Part shown: positions 38,064-50,541 of the stretch, in pieces
Position numbering within the stretch: the first letter of the stretch is position 1
Layout of the letters: each line of letters opens with the position of its first letter
Assembly: GCA_015680685.1 (NCBI GenBank)
Contig: MNCI01002732.1
Coordinates: 78,744 to 142,743, forward strand
Direction of reading: 5' to 3'
Length of the DNA stretch: 64,000 nucleotides
DNA from: Gnetum montanum
Taxonomy: Eukaryota; Plantae; Gnetophyta
Position numbers and translations under genes: made by a program
Notes under the pieces: model-generated
Told to the model about the DNA's origin: nothing
The model's database searches: none
Seen by the model: only the letters and a program-made list of their open reading frames with translations

Positions 38064-41000
38064 ATGGCTACGACAACTACTGCCGTTTTCACCACTAGTC
38101 TTAAAATTCCCTTGACGACGTAGGTTATGCCTGCTGCTATCAAGCCACCAACCAGTCCGGTGTGGCCATGTCGATCTCTCAAGATTCAAAACAAAGATCC
38201 TGAGGGGCATGCTCAAAGCACGGAACATTACAACTTCCTTTGTGCCAAACTTATGGCGAATATGCCTATGTACCCACAGGAACTCGAAGAGAAACGCAAA
38301 TACGAGTTCATGTACTATAATGGGAAGGAATTCATTCCTTCACCTAACGCTTCCATACCCTTGACAGACTGGCAATAGTGGATCTTCGATCAACTATTAA
38401 TGGCCAAGACGTCAACATAACAATGAGATGAGGTGTTCCGTGATGAAGCGCTCCATTATGGGCAAGAGGACCTAGATTCCCACTCCGAGGGAGGTAGTCA
38501 CACTAGCTTTGTTATGGCTACTCCCTCCAAAGCGTCCCATCAAATCTACTTTTTATGATCACTACGCCTTTATCATTTTCTATCGCCAACCGTGATGCGC
38601 ATCCATCACATCAGCATTTTTTCTCTCTGGCTCCCTTTCTGGATGTTATCCCTTCACAGTCCATTCCTCCACAGTCACAATCAGCCAATCCATCGCATCA
38701 CGTACTTACGTCTACGTTACCATACGTGCACATAGTACCCACTTCAAAATTATACACAGCTTTTGCATCCATCCCACCTTTTGCCCCTGCTCCACCAGCA
38801 GCGGCAGGACCCGCCCATACTACGTGGTGGACTCCAAATATGTCACCCCCTATTGCACAACCTACATAGATGTCCTATCTTCCTCATCATCACACCAGGT
38901 CCCGCATGTAGTAAATCCAACTACAGGGTCATTGTCTGTGCCACTGGCTACGCAAACAGCATATCCTATGGCATAATCGATGATTGTCGCCCCACCTGCA
39001 CCACCTACTAGGTGGTGGATGACACAGCCAGTACTGCCTGTAGGGATAATTTTGACAGCATCGCCCATAGGCCATGCTGCTGCTCCTATCTCATCACTAG
39101 TTGTGGCTCCACCTATTATTCCACAGCCAACCTCTTCGTCCTCGAGTCTAGATCAAACCTTCCAACTTATTCATACCCTTACCGAAGAGGTTAAATGCTA
39201 GTACAAGTCATGGATTTCTACCATGATGATCCTATCAATCTGGCAATTTCCATCTTATCATTACCTCCTGGGATGTCACTTCCCCATTTCACAAAATACA
39301 ATGGGGAAGGCGATCCCAATACTCATCTCGTTACTTTCAAGTCAGAGTCATTGTTGCTGCAACAATGGCCACACACCATTATCTATGTTTTTGCTATGTC
39401 CCTAATGGGTAAAGATTTGGATTAGTATCGTGCACTTTCACGCTCTTCCATCTCGACCTTGGAAGAGCTGCTGACTTAGTTCATGACCCGTTTCAAATAC
39501 AACCTGAAGCTAGAGGTCATGATGGACCAGTTAATGGGAGTTAAGTAGGATCTGCTCAAACTGGTCCAAAATTTTATACAGCGATGGAGCACCACCTTGA
39601 ATGAAATCCATGAGCCCATCGTAGAGGCCCATCTGTTGGTAATTTTCAAGGGGGCAGTCAACAACTTTATTAAGTTTAAACTGTATTATCTCGCTCCCTG
39701 CTCCCTCAGCCAAGCCTTCGCTTAGACTAAGAGCATCTAATATGCAATAGAGGCTAGCAAAGACCTTGCATATGTGGCCTATAAAAATGCCTACAAAAAA
39801 AAGCAAAGACAAGGGCAAGGCTGCAGCAACAATGGTAGCAGCCGTGGCCGAAGAGGCCAAAAAGAAAAATAACAACAAAAGATAGCTACAACACTTGCTG
39901 AGGCTACAGCTAGCTCAAACAACGTCGACCAGCAAACAACATCGACTCCTAAGACATCGCCTTAGCTGAAGCCTAATTTCAAGCGTAAAGATTGCTCAAA
40001 ATATATAGCTCTACCTGTTAAGCCTTCAGAACTTCTGAAGCAACTACTGGGAACTGGTCACATTCAACACAAGAAGGTGTCCAAGGAGGCTCTAAAATAC
40101 CACAGATAGCATTGTGAGCTGCTCAAGAATCCCTCCTTGGCCCTGCCAATTGAACCACCAGTTCCCAAGAACTTCAAGCTGGACCGTTTCTGCGACTACC
40201 ACCAACTGTGTGGTCATGATATGGACTACTGTTGGGCATTGAAAGATGACATTCAATGCATGATCGACCAAGGTAGGTTGATCCTTGATAGCAGTAGTTC
40301 AGTTTGTCCAGAAAACCAGTCTATGCACATGTACCAAGACCCATTGAATGCAAATAATGCAGGGTACACTATCAATGTGGTGGGTATGAATGGCGATGAC
40401 CCAGCACCACTGCAGTAACCCTTCATGCTACTCTTGCCTCCTCACCCACCTCATGCGACAGACCCATCGATCTCGATGGGCACAGTGTAGCAACAACCCT
40501 TTGTCCTCTGAGTTCCACCTCAGACGTCTATTCCGTAGCCAATTGTCATTAAAGCCGTGGCCCAGCCCGTGCCCACACCTAAGGCATCCTTTGTCATCAG
40601 GGTTCCAAAGTTGTCAGTTGCTCCTGCTACATAGGGGCAAATGTCTAAGTTAATGCCCCAACATCAACCTACAAAGAGAGGAGAAGGGCATGTGGTAGAT
40701 AAAATAGCCAAAGATTGCATTACGCTGGGGTTTCCTAAGCCTACCCCTCTAGCCTCGACACCCTTGGCTCCTTCTTCCTCTAAAAAGAACGATGTTACAT
40801 AGACGCGGCCATCTTCTCCCTGCCCAAGAAAATATAGCCCCCAACCAGAAACCGTTCCTCCTTGAGAGATCCGTCTCCTGGGATGAATGGAAGAAGAAAA
40901 TGACAACAAACAACTAGACCATGGGCATAATCTCCTTGATGCTTTTACGCAAGTTAAGTAGGCTCTCAAATAGAAAAATACAATGTTGAGCCTATATGAC

Positions 41001-41822
41001 TTGCTGATGAAATCTCAATCGCATTGTGAAGCCATGGTTTGCATGCTAGTGTCCATACCGGTGGAAGAAAGCTTGCCAGCAGATGAAGAAGCAATCCATT
41101 TGATCATGTTTCCCCCTGCTACTAAACAACCACGGCCTTCCCAACTGACATTCTATGATGAGTCCACTAAGGATGACCTAGAAAAGGGTCAAGTGATAAC
41201 AACATCCATGTTCATCATTATCCGGGTCGGCTAGTACAGGATCCAAAGAGTATACGTAGATGACGGGGCTGCTACCAATGTCATTCCATTTCCTATAGTG
41301 GATAAACTAGATTTGATCAACTAGATCAATCCCACGACGATGTCATGCTTTAAGTCGTTTAATGGGGCACGAGTGCAAGTTAAGGAAATTGTACAGATCA
41401 ACTTTGTAGAAAAGGATCAATTCCCCATAAATGCAGTGTTCATCGTAGTCGAGGAGATGCCCAGCTTCAACCTAATCTTGGGGAGGTCTTGGTTGGCTCA
41501 GCTAAGGGCCGTCTCATCATCCATTCACCAAGAGATCCACTTTCCCTATGAGAGAGGGGAAGTGATCATCCAAGGTGATAAGATGACTCCTCAAGCTGTC
41601 AACAATGTGGAGATTGAACAAGGTTTGAAGATTGAAATCCTCGAAGATCAAACCCATGTTCCAACAGTTGAATAGGCCAACACAGTGGCCAATGAAAGCT
41701 TAACTTGGGTTGAATTACCCTTCTAGGGAGGATATGATAGCTTAGAGGAGTGGTGTAACAAACCCCCTCGTCCATACGGGTTGCCAAATCTAAGAATGAT
41801 CAAGAAGCAGCTGCGGAACTAA
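38064..41822 (+). pseudogene. gag: gag-protease of C (many stops)
   Basis: KYNGEGDPNTHL, RFCDYHQLCGH..C, YVDDGAATNV, FNLILGRSWLAQL; colinear with A to the C-terminus (IKKQLRN* vs IKRRLK*). Confidence 0.9.
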
Positions 41823-41939
41823 CAAACAAACATGTTAGCATAACAGGTTACATCGGTCCACATTGTTCACTGTTACACTATTTACATTCTTTATTGTTTC
41901 ATGTTACATCATCTACCATTACACTTCTTCACTTTGTTA

Positions 41940-42102
41940 GCCCAAAATGGCCTTAAACTAGTTACAGCCCACTACGGCCTAAAACTTGTAATTCCGTTTA
42001 TTCTCTTCCATGCGTGATGGCTCGGCCTACAATGGCCTTAAACTATCATTGGCCCGAAATGGCCTTAAACTATCATTGGCCCGTAGTGGCCTAAAACATG
42101 TA
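41940..42102 (+). repeat. Array of ~5 copies of the family motif (GCCCRNAATGGCCTWAAACTA) after the gag-PR stop
   Basis: gcccaaaatggccttaaacta, gcccactacggcctaaaactt, gcctacaatggccttaaacta, gcccgaaatggccttaaacta, gcccgtagtggcctaaaacat. Confidence 0.85.
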
Positions 42103-42109
42103 GCCTTTT

Positions 42110-45100
42110 CGAGAAAGCATCTTTCTTCATCTCCACCAAAATTAAAACCTTTCTTTCACAAGCACCACTTGTTCCTGGAACTTTTCATATGCTTAAGAAG
42201 CACCGATGACATCGAGGAATAGCCAGAGGGACTACGCTTCAACCACGGAATCTCTGTAATGTAGATGGTAGGCAGCACATTCTTGCTTATACATGTGTTT
42301 ATGATTTTCTATGCCTGCCCCCATTCCTAGACCCTTGCACAATAGTCCTTCCAGTCTTGGTTCTTTTGGGCTAGGAGATCCATTTGCATTCATTGCTCAA
42401 TGAGCTCATGGCTGGCTTGGACGTTGTTCTTGACGACTGTCCAATAGCAGGCATAGTCAATCATAGCCATCCATCAATTCCCATCATTGGTATCCTGCGC
42501 TTGCAAAAATTTGTTCCTGGACTCAAGGTCCTCCACCTTGGTAGTTAGGGCAATTTTCTCTTTTTCTGCTTTCCACAACATTTTTCAAAGATCTTCGTTA
42601 ACGTTCTGACTCTCCCATAGAGAACGGGCCGAGCACAAGGCACATTTATGCATCTCATCATAAACACGGCATGGCACTTCGGTCACCTCTAGTGAGGGTT
42701 CAGGGGTAATGTCTACATTGACAAGCTCTTTGGAATCCCATTTGAGGTGAGATGCTATAACATGAAGATGACAATTAGACCTGACAGGATGGCATAATGT
42801 GATAGTTTCAACAGTTCTTGTGTAACAACAGTTACGTACTGATCTCAGGATCTATTCACTCCAAGCAACCAATCATATCGTTAACAATTCCCTCCATGAA
42901 GGCAAATTTGTTAGGCGCCTCAGCCCAACGTTGAGTAGGCGTTGCTGATGAAGGTGCACCACTGTTATCGGAAGTGCCTACTACGCAAATAAAACAAGTT
43001 AAACATAACATAATAGAAAAAGGCAAAAAATTTGAGACACTACAATAATGCAAAGTTCCTATCCAGCAAACCCTTAGGGGTAATATTGGGAGGATTTCCC
43101 ATCGAAGAAAAGTCAAGTAAGCAGTCAAACTCACCAGCGATGCACCACTCCTCCCTCTCCACCCCATCCAAAAGGGCCACAACATCTTCTACGCTTGTCT
43201 TCCCTTCAGGCATAGGAGCCTTCCTATTGCCCACATTGTCAACAGGGGCCTCCTTTTCCAAAACTGGGGCCCCTTCTTCACCCTGTAAGACTATAACCCC
43301 TGTTTCAGGGGTCAGTCACTCCACATTTTTCCCTCTTCCTATAGATTGCATTACAGTTAGAAAAACTTTACTCACTTCCCATGAGTGCTACGTGATGAAA
43401 CAATGTCTATACGTAGCATAATATACATATACATAATCACGCATTACTCTACTTACTAGCCGGGGGATGGTGTCTATGAAACTTAATGCGTAGTTTCCTC
43501 TCTTCTTCATCGGTCAGGCCGGGAGAATCCACAACTGAACGACACCTTTTCCATTGAACCGATGAGGCTAATATTTCTACTACCAGGCACTTCCCTTTCG
43601 ATGCACTACCGATGTTAGAAGGGGGCACCCCACCCATTCTGTCTTGACCTCAGAGGGCACACGCCACCCTATCCTTGGTCATTATTGAAAGTGAATCCCT
43701 GATACCTTCAGGAGGATCTTGGGATTATACGGTGTAGAAGACCTAGCAAATCCATGGCTTCGAGATCTGTTTATGATCTTGCTACACCTAGAATCCATCC
43801 TTGTGAATCACCAAGAATTTGGCAAAATGCTGCAAACAAGCTATGAAGAAGGCAAAATGCACGTTGAAATGAGACTTAAGCTTCTTGTGAAGCTTGACCA
43901 TTTCAACCTGCAAGCCTTCAGCAAGGTGCTTGGCCTAGTTATATCATGTCCCCTCTTCCATAACCTCCCGCATGATCCAAGCCTACTCTCTTCCAAGGAT
44001 TTTTCCTTGGGAGAGTAGCTTGGGGAAGGCACAAGCACAGAAGAGGGGGTAGATGGTGCCAACCACCTCTAGCTGGATCTTCTCAGCGTAGATGCCTTTT
44101 GGCTTTTTTTAGTCCCTAGCCACTCCTTCATGTTCTTTTGATGTTTAGAACTCTTTTTGGATTTCTCTCCCACTAGGAGGCCATCAAAAGGAATGCCAAA
44201 ATAGTTAGCGAATAGTTGAGCGTTAATATCAAAACTCACGTGCACGTTATGCACATGCGTGTGAAAATGCTCAGCTTGTTCACTAAAGGAGTCAACTAGG
44301 GCCAACATTTTGGCTACCGGGACATCAAGAGTTACAACTAGAAATAGCTCCATCAGTCCAACTTCCCAGAGGTTATTGGTTATGGTAGCTGGGACCGCTC
44401 CGTGGCAAAGCCAACGTTGCACCTCATTTATATCACCATAGCGGAAGAATATGGTGGCTACATCATGCCCAGAGGCTATCACCGTGACCTCCCATGATTC
44501 TTCAACTATAAACATAAAATACAAAAAAACAAGTTAGACAAAACAACAAAACAATAAAATCTTAAACACTGTTTTCATCCTGTAGGGTCACACAGTTGAT
44601 CAGCATAGCGAAACTTACCACGTCTAAAAGGCAAAGGAAATGGTGGGAACTTCACTTGCACATCTTCAATGGTGATGGAATGGTCTAAAGTCCACTCCCT
44701 ATTCAGCCATCTAGAGTCTCTACACTTGATAAAGAATTTGGCATACCGGATAGGGTAGTGTTGGATTTCAAATCCTAGTTGTCCCAGGACACCACCACGC
44801 ACATTGCTGATGGAAGTGAATTCCTTTATGGTTGTTTTGACCATGGATAACATGTCCATATCACCCTGGAGACCACCCACATCGATAAAGAACCTATGCC
44901 ACACAATACAGAAAACTGTTTACATCTAACACACAATCATATAGCAGTTAACAAATCATAGCACCTTGACAACACTTACCCGCCAGCATAATACACAGTG
45001 CCAGGTTGGTTCTGAAAATAGGTGATGAGATGACGAGCTACGAATAGCATGTTATAGGCATGATAACAATTAAACCTGGGCATCTCCCAGATCTAGGATA

Positions 45101-46033
45101 AGCACCTCAAACCCTTGACGTGCTGTTCACAATCCCTCCCACCTACGGCCTCAATTGACCCGTCCACCAGAAATGTTAAGATGCTATGTGTCAACCCAAC
45201 TAGCAGTGTTTTCAAAACGGTGTTGTCCATCTCAGCCGATAGATGTGACCAAAAAATTAAGCTAAATTTACACAAAAAAAATTGTAGGAACTTCCATGCG
45301 CCCCTACATGAGCATGGGGAGGAGGAACGTTGGCCACGGGGACATTTAGACAACATAGAACGCCCACAATGTCTAGAACGATCAGGATGGGCTTTAGTGT
45401 GATGCTTTACAATAAAACACATTACCATTAGAAAACATTTTATACATGCTAACAATGCCAAAAAAAATCTAAAAAGCTCACAAGAATCCATTACGCAACA
45501 TTGATGTTCTCGCTACCTTGACTCCCAGAAAATTGCATGCTACACTAGAGATGCATTACCCAAAACCACCCAAACCCTTGCGATGGTTTAAGGTCTATCT
45601 ATGACAACTGTGATAAAGGTAATACGACATATTTCCCTAGTGTAAGATGCGACCATTATGAGCAAGACAACAGAATCCTGCTTATGCTACACAAGGGTAA
45701 AACACCTAGACTCTTGACTAGTTACGTGTTGTGTTTGTACAATATTACTGAAGATCATCCAAACCCTTACGAAGGTGTAAGGTTTGTGTCTGACAACAGC
45801 GATAGGGGTAATATTACAAACTCCCATAGTGTAACTAGCACAGGCAGGTATCGATACCTAGTGCAATGCAAATTTTCAAAAAAAAATACAAATTACAGCA
45901 CAATGACAGTAAAAATGATCCAACACATATATCACACAAGGAAGATGAAGAACGACTTATTGGGCAAGTGGAGTAGCCTCCCGAGTTTCGACTCGCGCCT
46001 TCGAAATTCATCCCAGACTTTTTTGTACTTCAT
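42110..46033 (-). pseudogene. Antisense multi-exon accessory gene of C (PMD/plant-transposon-like domain, Cys/His cluster, coiled coil); decayed
   Basis: Coding-like minus-strand blocks are separated by AT-rich gaps with GTAAGT donors (~44615, ~43458) and YAG acceptors (~44507, ~43342). Candidate first exon MKYKKVWDEFRRRESKLG at 46033, TATAAG near 46190. The C-terminal part is homologous to A 1-310. Confidence 0.7.
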
Positions 46034-46322
46034 TGATCCTGGCCAAATTGGCGTGTTTGCGTTCAGTCTTTGGTACCATTGTTATGCCTGAATAACCTTT
46101 ACAAAATTGTCTACTTACGCTTTCCTTCTACTTTATCCTAACTTAACTTCGCTACGCTTGCAATTTATCTAGAAGACAAACCATCTACTTATAAGCGTGA
46201 CGGTGAAAACTTGTTGTTTTCATGTCCGATCAGTGTGGAACCTTCCTAAAGTGCAGTAATGTTAGTTTGACATGAAGCGTAAAGATCGTGCCATTAATCT
46301 TGTAGATATCGCATTAACTACG

Positions 46323-46549
46323 GTATGAAAAGACCCTAAACTAATGCATAGCTTATCGTCTTGTAATCCGATCGCATTAACTATGGTCTGCAAAGACCCT
46401 AAATTAGCTATTTTTCCACATTAGACACACCACGTCATACTTTTAGCCATAGTCCATGAGGAATTTAGGCTAGCACCTAGGAAACCTTGCTTGCCATTTT
46501 CTTACAAACTCTATATATTGTAACAGTCCACTAAGACCTTAAACTGGCA
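46323..46549 (+). repeat. Four dispersed copies of the family motif upstream of the RT exon
   Basis: gtatgaaaagaccctaaacta, gtctgcaaagaccctaaatta, gtccatgaggaatttaggcta, gtccactaagaccttaaactggca. Confidence 0.65.
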
Positions 46550-46634
46550 GCCTGTTGACACATACCTCTAAAGCCTTGTATCATTTCACCATGTTAACAA
46601 AAAAAATTTAACTACTTCCTTGGAAGTTTTGCAG

Positions 46635-49600
46635 GTTGGCTTACAAATGGACGAAGCTTTGCTTGCATCCCTAGCCTTAACAAGTCCACACGAGAAAACC
46701 CTTAGACAACCTAATCTTGCAATGATAGGAGCCAACGCCTCCTCTTGTCACATAACCATAGCAGCCTCAAACATATCCCCAGATTGGCCAGAACATTTGA
46801 CCCAAATCCTAGACTTGGAGGCTAGTGATGTGATCGAGGATCCCCTCACCGAGATCTCTGTGGTTACACATAAAGGAAAAAGTAAAACTTTGAAGGTTAG
46901 TTCTCTCTTTGACCAACAAACGCAGAACGACATGTCTCAAGTTCTTCAAGATAACGTTACGGTGTTCGCATGGTCGTACGAAGACATGTTGGGTTTAGAC
47001 TTGCAGCTAATACAGCACAACATCATGTTAGACCCACGTATTAAAGCAGTTAGATAGAGAGCACAGAAGATTAAGCCCAAAATCGCGTTGGTAGTGTGTG
47101 ATAAAATCACTAAGCTATATCAAGCTGGTTTCATCCGTGCGGTTGATTACTCAAATTGGGTGTCAAACATCATTGTCATTTCTAAGAAGACAGGAGAAAT
47201 ACACATCTATATAGACTTCCGTGGTCTGAACAAGGTAACCGTTAAAGATAATTTCCCATTACCAAGTATTGACCAAATTATCGACACAATAGCTAGACAT
47301 GCTTTAATATCCTTTATGGATGGGTTTTCGGGATACAATCAAATTTGTATCAACCCAAAACATCAACTAACTATAACTTTCATGACCCCTTGGGGAACCT
47401 TTTATTATACCTTGATGCCTTTCAGGCTAAAAAATGCTGGAGCAACTTATCAATGTGCCATGACATATATCTTTAGTGATTATCTCTTAGAGAGATTGAA
47501 CGACTACGTAGACGATATAGTTGTTAAATCTAGGAAGTAGGTAGGTCACCCAGAGGATTTAGAGTTAATCCTTAAACGATGTCTCAGGAATGACCTATGA
47601 CTCAACCTAAGAAAATGTATGTTCGGAGTCAAAACCGAACGCATGTTGGGGTTTGTAGTGTCGGAAGCTGGCATATAAGTTAACCCTGACAAAGTTAGGG
47701 CCATCGTTAACCTGGCACCGCCTACAAACCTCAAAGAACTATGTGGGTTGCAAGGTAGGTTACAGTTTATCAGAAGGTTCATATCGATGTTGACAAAAAA
47801 GTTACACCCCATGCAGCATCTGCTCAAGAAGGGGGTTAACTTCGAATGGACCAAGGACTGTCAATGTGCTTTTGACGACTTAATGAAAGAGCTGCTACAT
47901 TTGCCAACCATTTTCCTGCCACAAAGGGATCAACCCTTCTACATCTACCTAGCAAGTTCAAATATGTCCATAGCTGTGTTGTTGTGTCAAAAGAGGGACG
48001 ACAGGTCGAAAATCCCTATCTATTATCTAATTCACACTCTATTTACATATGAAACGAGATACAATGAAATAGAGCGTAACTGCTTGGAATTGGTTTTTGT
48101 GCTAAAGAAATGTAGACACTATATTTTTCACAGCTAGGTTAACATAATTTGCAAGAACAACATCCTACGGGCTATCATGAACAATTTATACAAGAGTAGT
48201 AAGATAGCCCGATGGAAAGCCATCATAGCAGAATTTGACTTAGACTACGTTGGCTAATCTTCTACGACAGGCCAAGTGATAGCCGACCAAATTTTAGCAT
48301 CACCTGTTAACGATCAGGCGACAATAAAGCCTGAATCTTCAGATAAACATGTACATAGTTTAAGCCCTGTATCAACAGGCCTCGAAGAGACATTACACTT
48401 TGATGAAGCTTCAACTACCAGAGGCAGCAGTGCCACCACCATCATCACGCTTTCCCCTAAGGATGTTCGCCCATTAGCTTATCACCTGGCATTTCCCTGT
48501 ACGAATAATGTGGCAGAATACGAGGGGCTCCTCAGGGGACTGTTAGCAGCCAGAGAACTGAACGTTCAACACCTAGCAATCTAAGGCGATTCAATGCTCG
48601 TTGTCAATCAGATCATAGAAGCATACGCTTGCAAAGCTATGCATCTGCAATCCTATTGCGATATGGCTAAAGATCTTCTGAAATAATTTACAACGACAAA
48701 CGTTCAACATGTGCCATGTGGTGAGAACACCATAGCTAATGCGCTAGCTACGCTAGCTTTAAATGTGCCACAAAATTTTTTCGCCACCTTGCTCGCTTTA
48801 ATGATGGAATATATAGATCCTGTCATCCAAGCGGTGCAAATCTCTTCTTTAAGTGCATAAGGAACGCTAGAATGGTACAACAACATTAAAACCTACCTTC
48901 TACGTGGTGAACCACCACACGAGTTGACATCTGCACAAAAGGACGCAATCCGCAAGCATGCCAGGAAATACTTCATCATCAAGGATAGCACTCTATGTAG
49001 GCACTCCTTTAATGGGATATTGTTAACCTACGTTAATAACAACCAAGCGCAAAGGATAGTTAACGAAGTCCATGAGGGACTATGTCGAGGACACATAGCC
49101 TTGCGAGCCATGGTCGCTAAAATCAGATGCTTAGGGTATTACTGGCCATACATGGAACGAGATTGCCTTACCAAAGTTAAGACATGTGACACATGTCAAT
49201 GTTACACAATTGTAATACACATGTCACCAACTAAGTTTCATACCACACAAATCACTTGGCCATTCCAGTGATTGGGGCTAGACATCATATGTCCCATCAT
49301 GCCTAAGTCTTCCATAGGACATAGTTTCATTATCACTGCCACTGAGTACTTCACGAAATGGGTTGAGGCTATTCCCCTATGAAAGACTACATCTCAACAA
49401 GTTTGTCATTTTATCTTGGATAACATAGCAACAAGGTCTGGGCTTCCCATGACTATTTTGATTGAAAATGGACAACAATTTAGTAGTATCGAAACCAAAT
49501 CTTTCTGCAATAACCTTGGTATTAAGCAATCTTTTTTCTCACCATATTACCTGCAAGCAAATGATCAAGTAGAAGCAACAAACAAGGTGATTATTAATTT

Positions 49601-50114
49601 ACTGAAAAAGATGGTCAGTAGCAACAAGAAACTATGGCATGAGAAAATCCTCTACGTGCTATGGGCCTATCGTACAACATGTAGAACAGCTATGGGTAAG
49701 ACACCATATAGCCTAGTCTACGGATCTGAAGCAATGTTGCCCATTGAACTACAGGTTCCCTCACTACGGATGGTCCTCTCCATGGTTATAAATGAGACTC
49801 AACAAAATGAGTCCAAGATCGTGGATCTAGACTTAGTGGAGGAGAAGAGCATCCAGACACTTAACAGCATCAAAAAATATCAGTACAGGAAAAGGCAGAA
49901 GCATCATCACAACCTACGTCAGTGACCAACCAAGAAATGAGACTTGGTCCTTAAGGTCGTTCATGAACCAGTGAACAAATTCTCTTCAAGTTGGGAAGGT
50001 CCCTTCCTGGTCGTCAATGCATATGACAACGGATCATTCAGGCTAGCAGACATCAATGGCAACGAGCTTGCAAACCCGATGAATCATATGTACCTGAAGT
50101 AGTACCACATTTAG
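46635..50114 (+). pseudogene. pol: pol of C: RT-RH-aRH-INT, preceded by candidate splice acceptor ttttgcAG (46633-46634)
   Basis: VFAWSYEDMLG, FMDGFSGYNQI, YVDD, aRH CTNNVAEYEGL, integrase VHEGLCRGH..YYWP..CDTC, WAYRTT, WEGP. Confidence 0.93.
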
Positions 50115-50147
50115 ACGTCAGCTCGGCTAGAACACAAGGTAACGATC

Positions 50148-50541
50148 ATCCGCTATGATGTAAAATTGGTGCTATAATAAACATCCGCTACGACGTAAAA
50201 CTAGCAGTGTTGTACACATCCACTACGATGTGAAACTGGCATTTTTTGCATGTGTCCGCCATGACGCTAAATTGGTAAAGCTTTCGACCGTCCGCCATGA
50301 TGTAAAACTGGCAAGGTAAGCATCCATCTGCTGAGACGTTAAACCAACATAGACTTGTCCCTAGGTCACAACACAAAACTAACACCCACAGCACGGTCTG
50401 CTAGGACCATAAACTAGCTCTTCCACTATTTGCTATGACATAAAACTAGTGCACTTTGTTCTGTCCAGACTTTAAATCGGGACCATGGTCCGCTGGGACT
50501 TAAAACCAACAACGATGGTCTACCAGGACCTAAAATTGGGA
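50148..50541 (+). repeat. Repeat-spacer array: ~12 x 24-bp motif with 5-12 nt unique spacers
   Basis: atccgctatgatgtaaaattggtg-ctataataaac-atccgctacgacgtaaaactagca-gtgttgtacac-atccactacgatgtgaaactggca...; same consensus and position as in B. Confidence 0.9.

Noticed and set aside
41600-41860. Exact splice donor for a PR-RT intron
   Set aside because: No GT donor clearly conserved between A and C could be identified by eye; pol might instead start at its own ATG near 46647.
50148-50541. Hammerhead ribozyme (retrozyme) or C/D snoRNA units
   Set aside because: No CTGATGA/GAAA core with stems and no box C/D pair in the motif.
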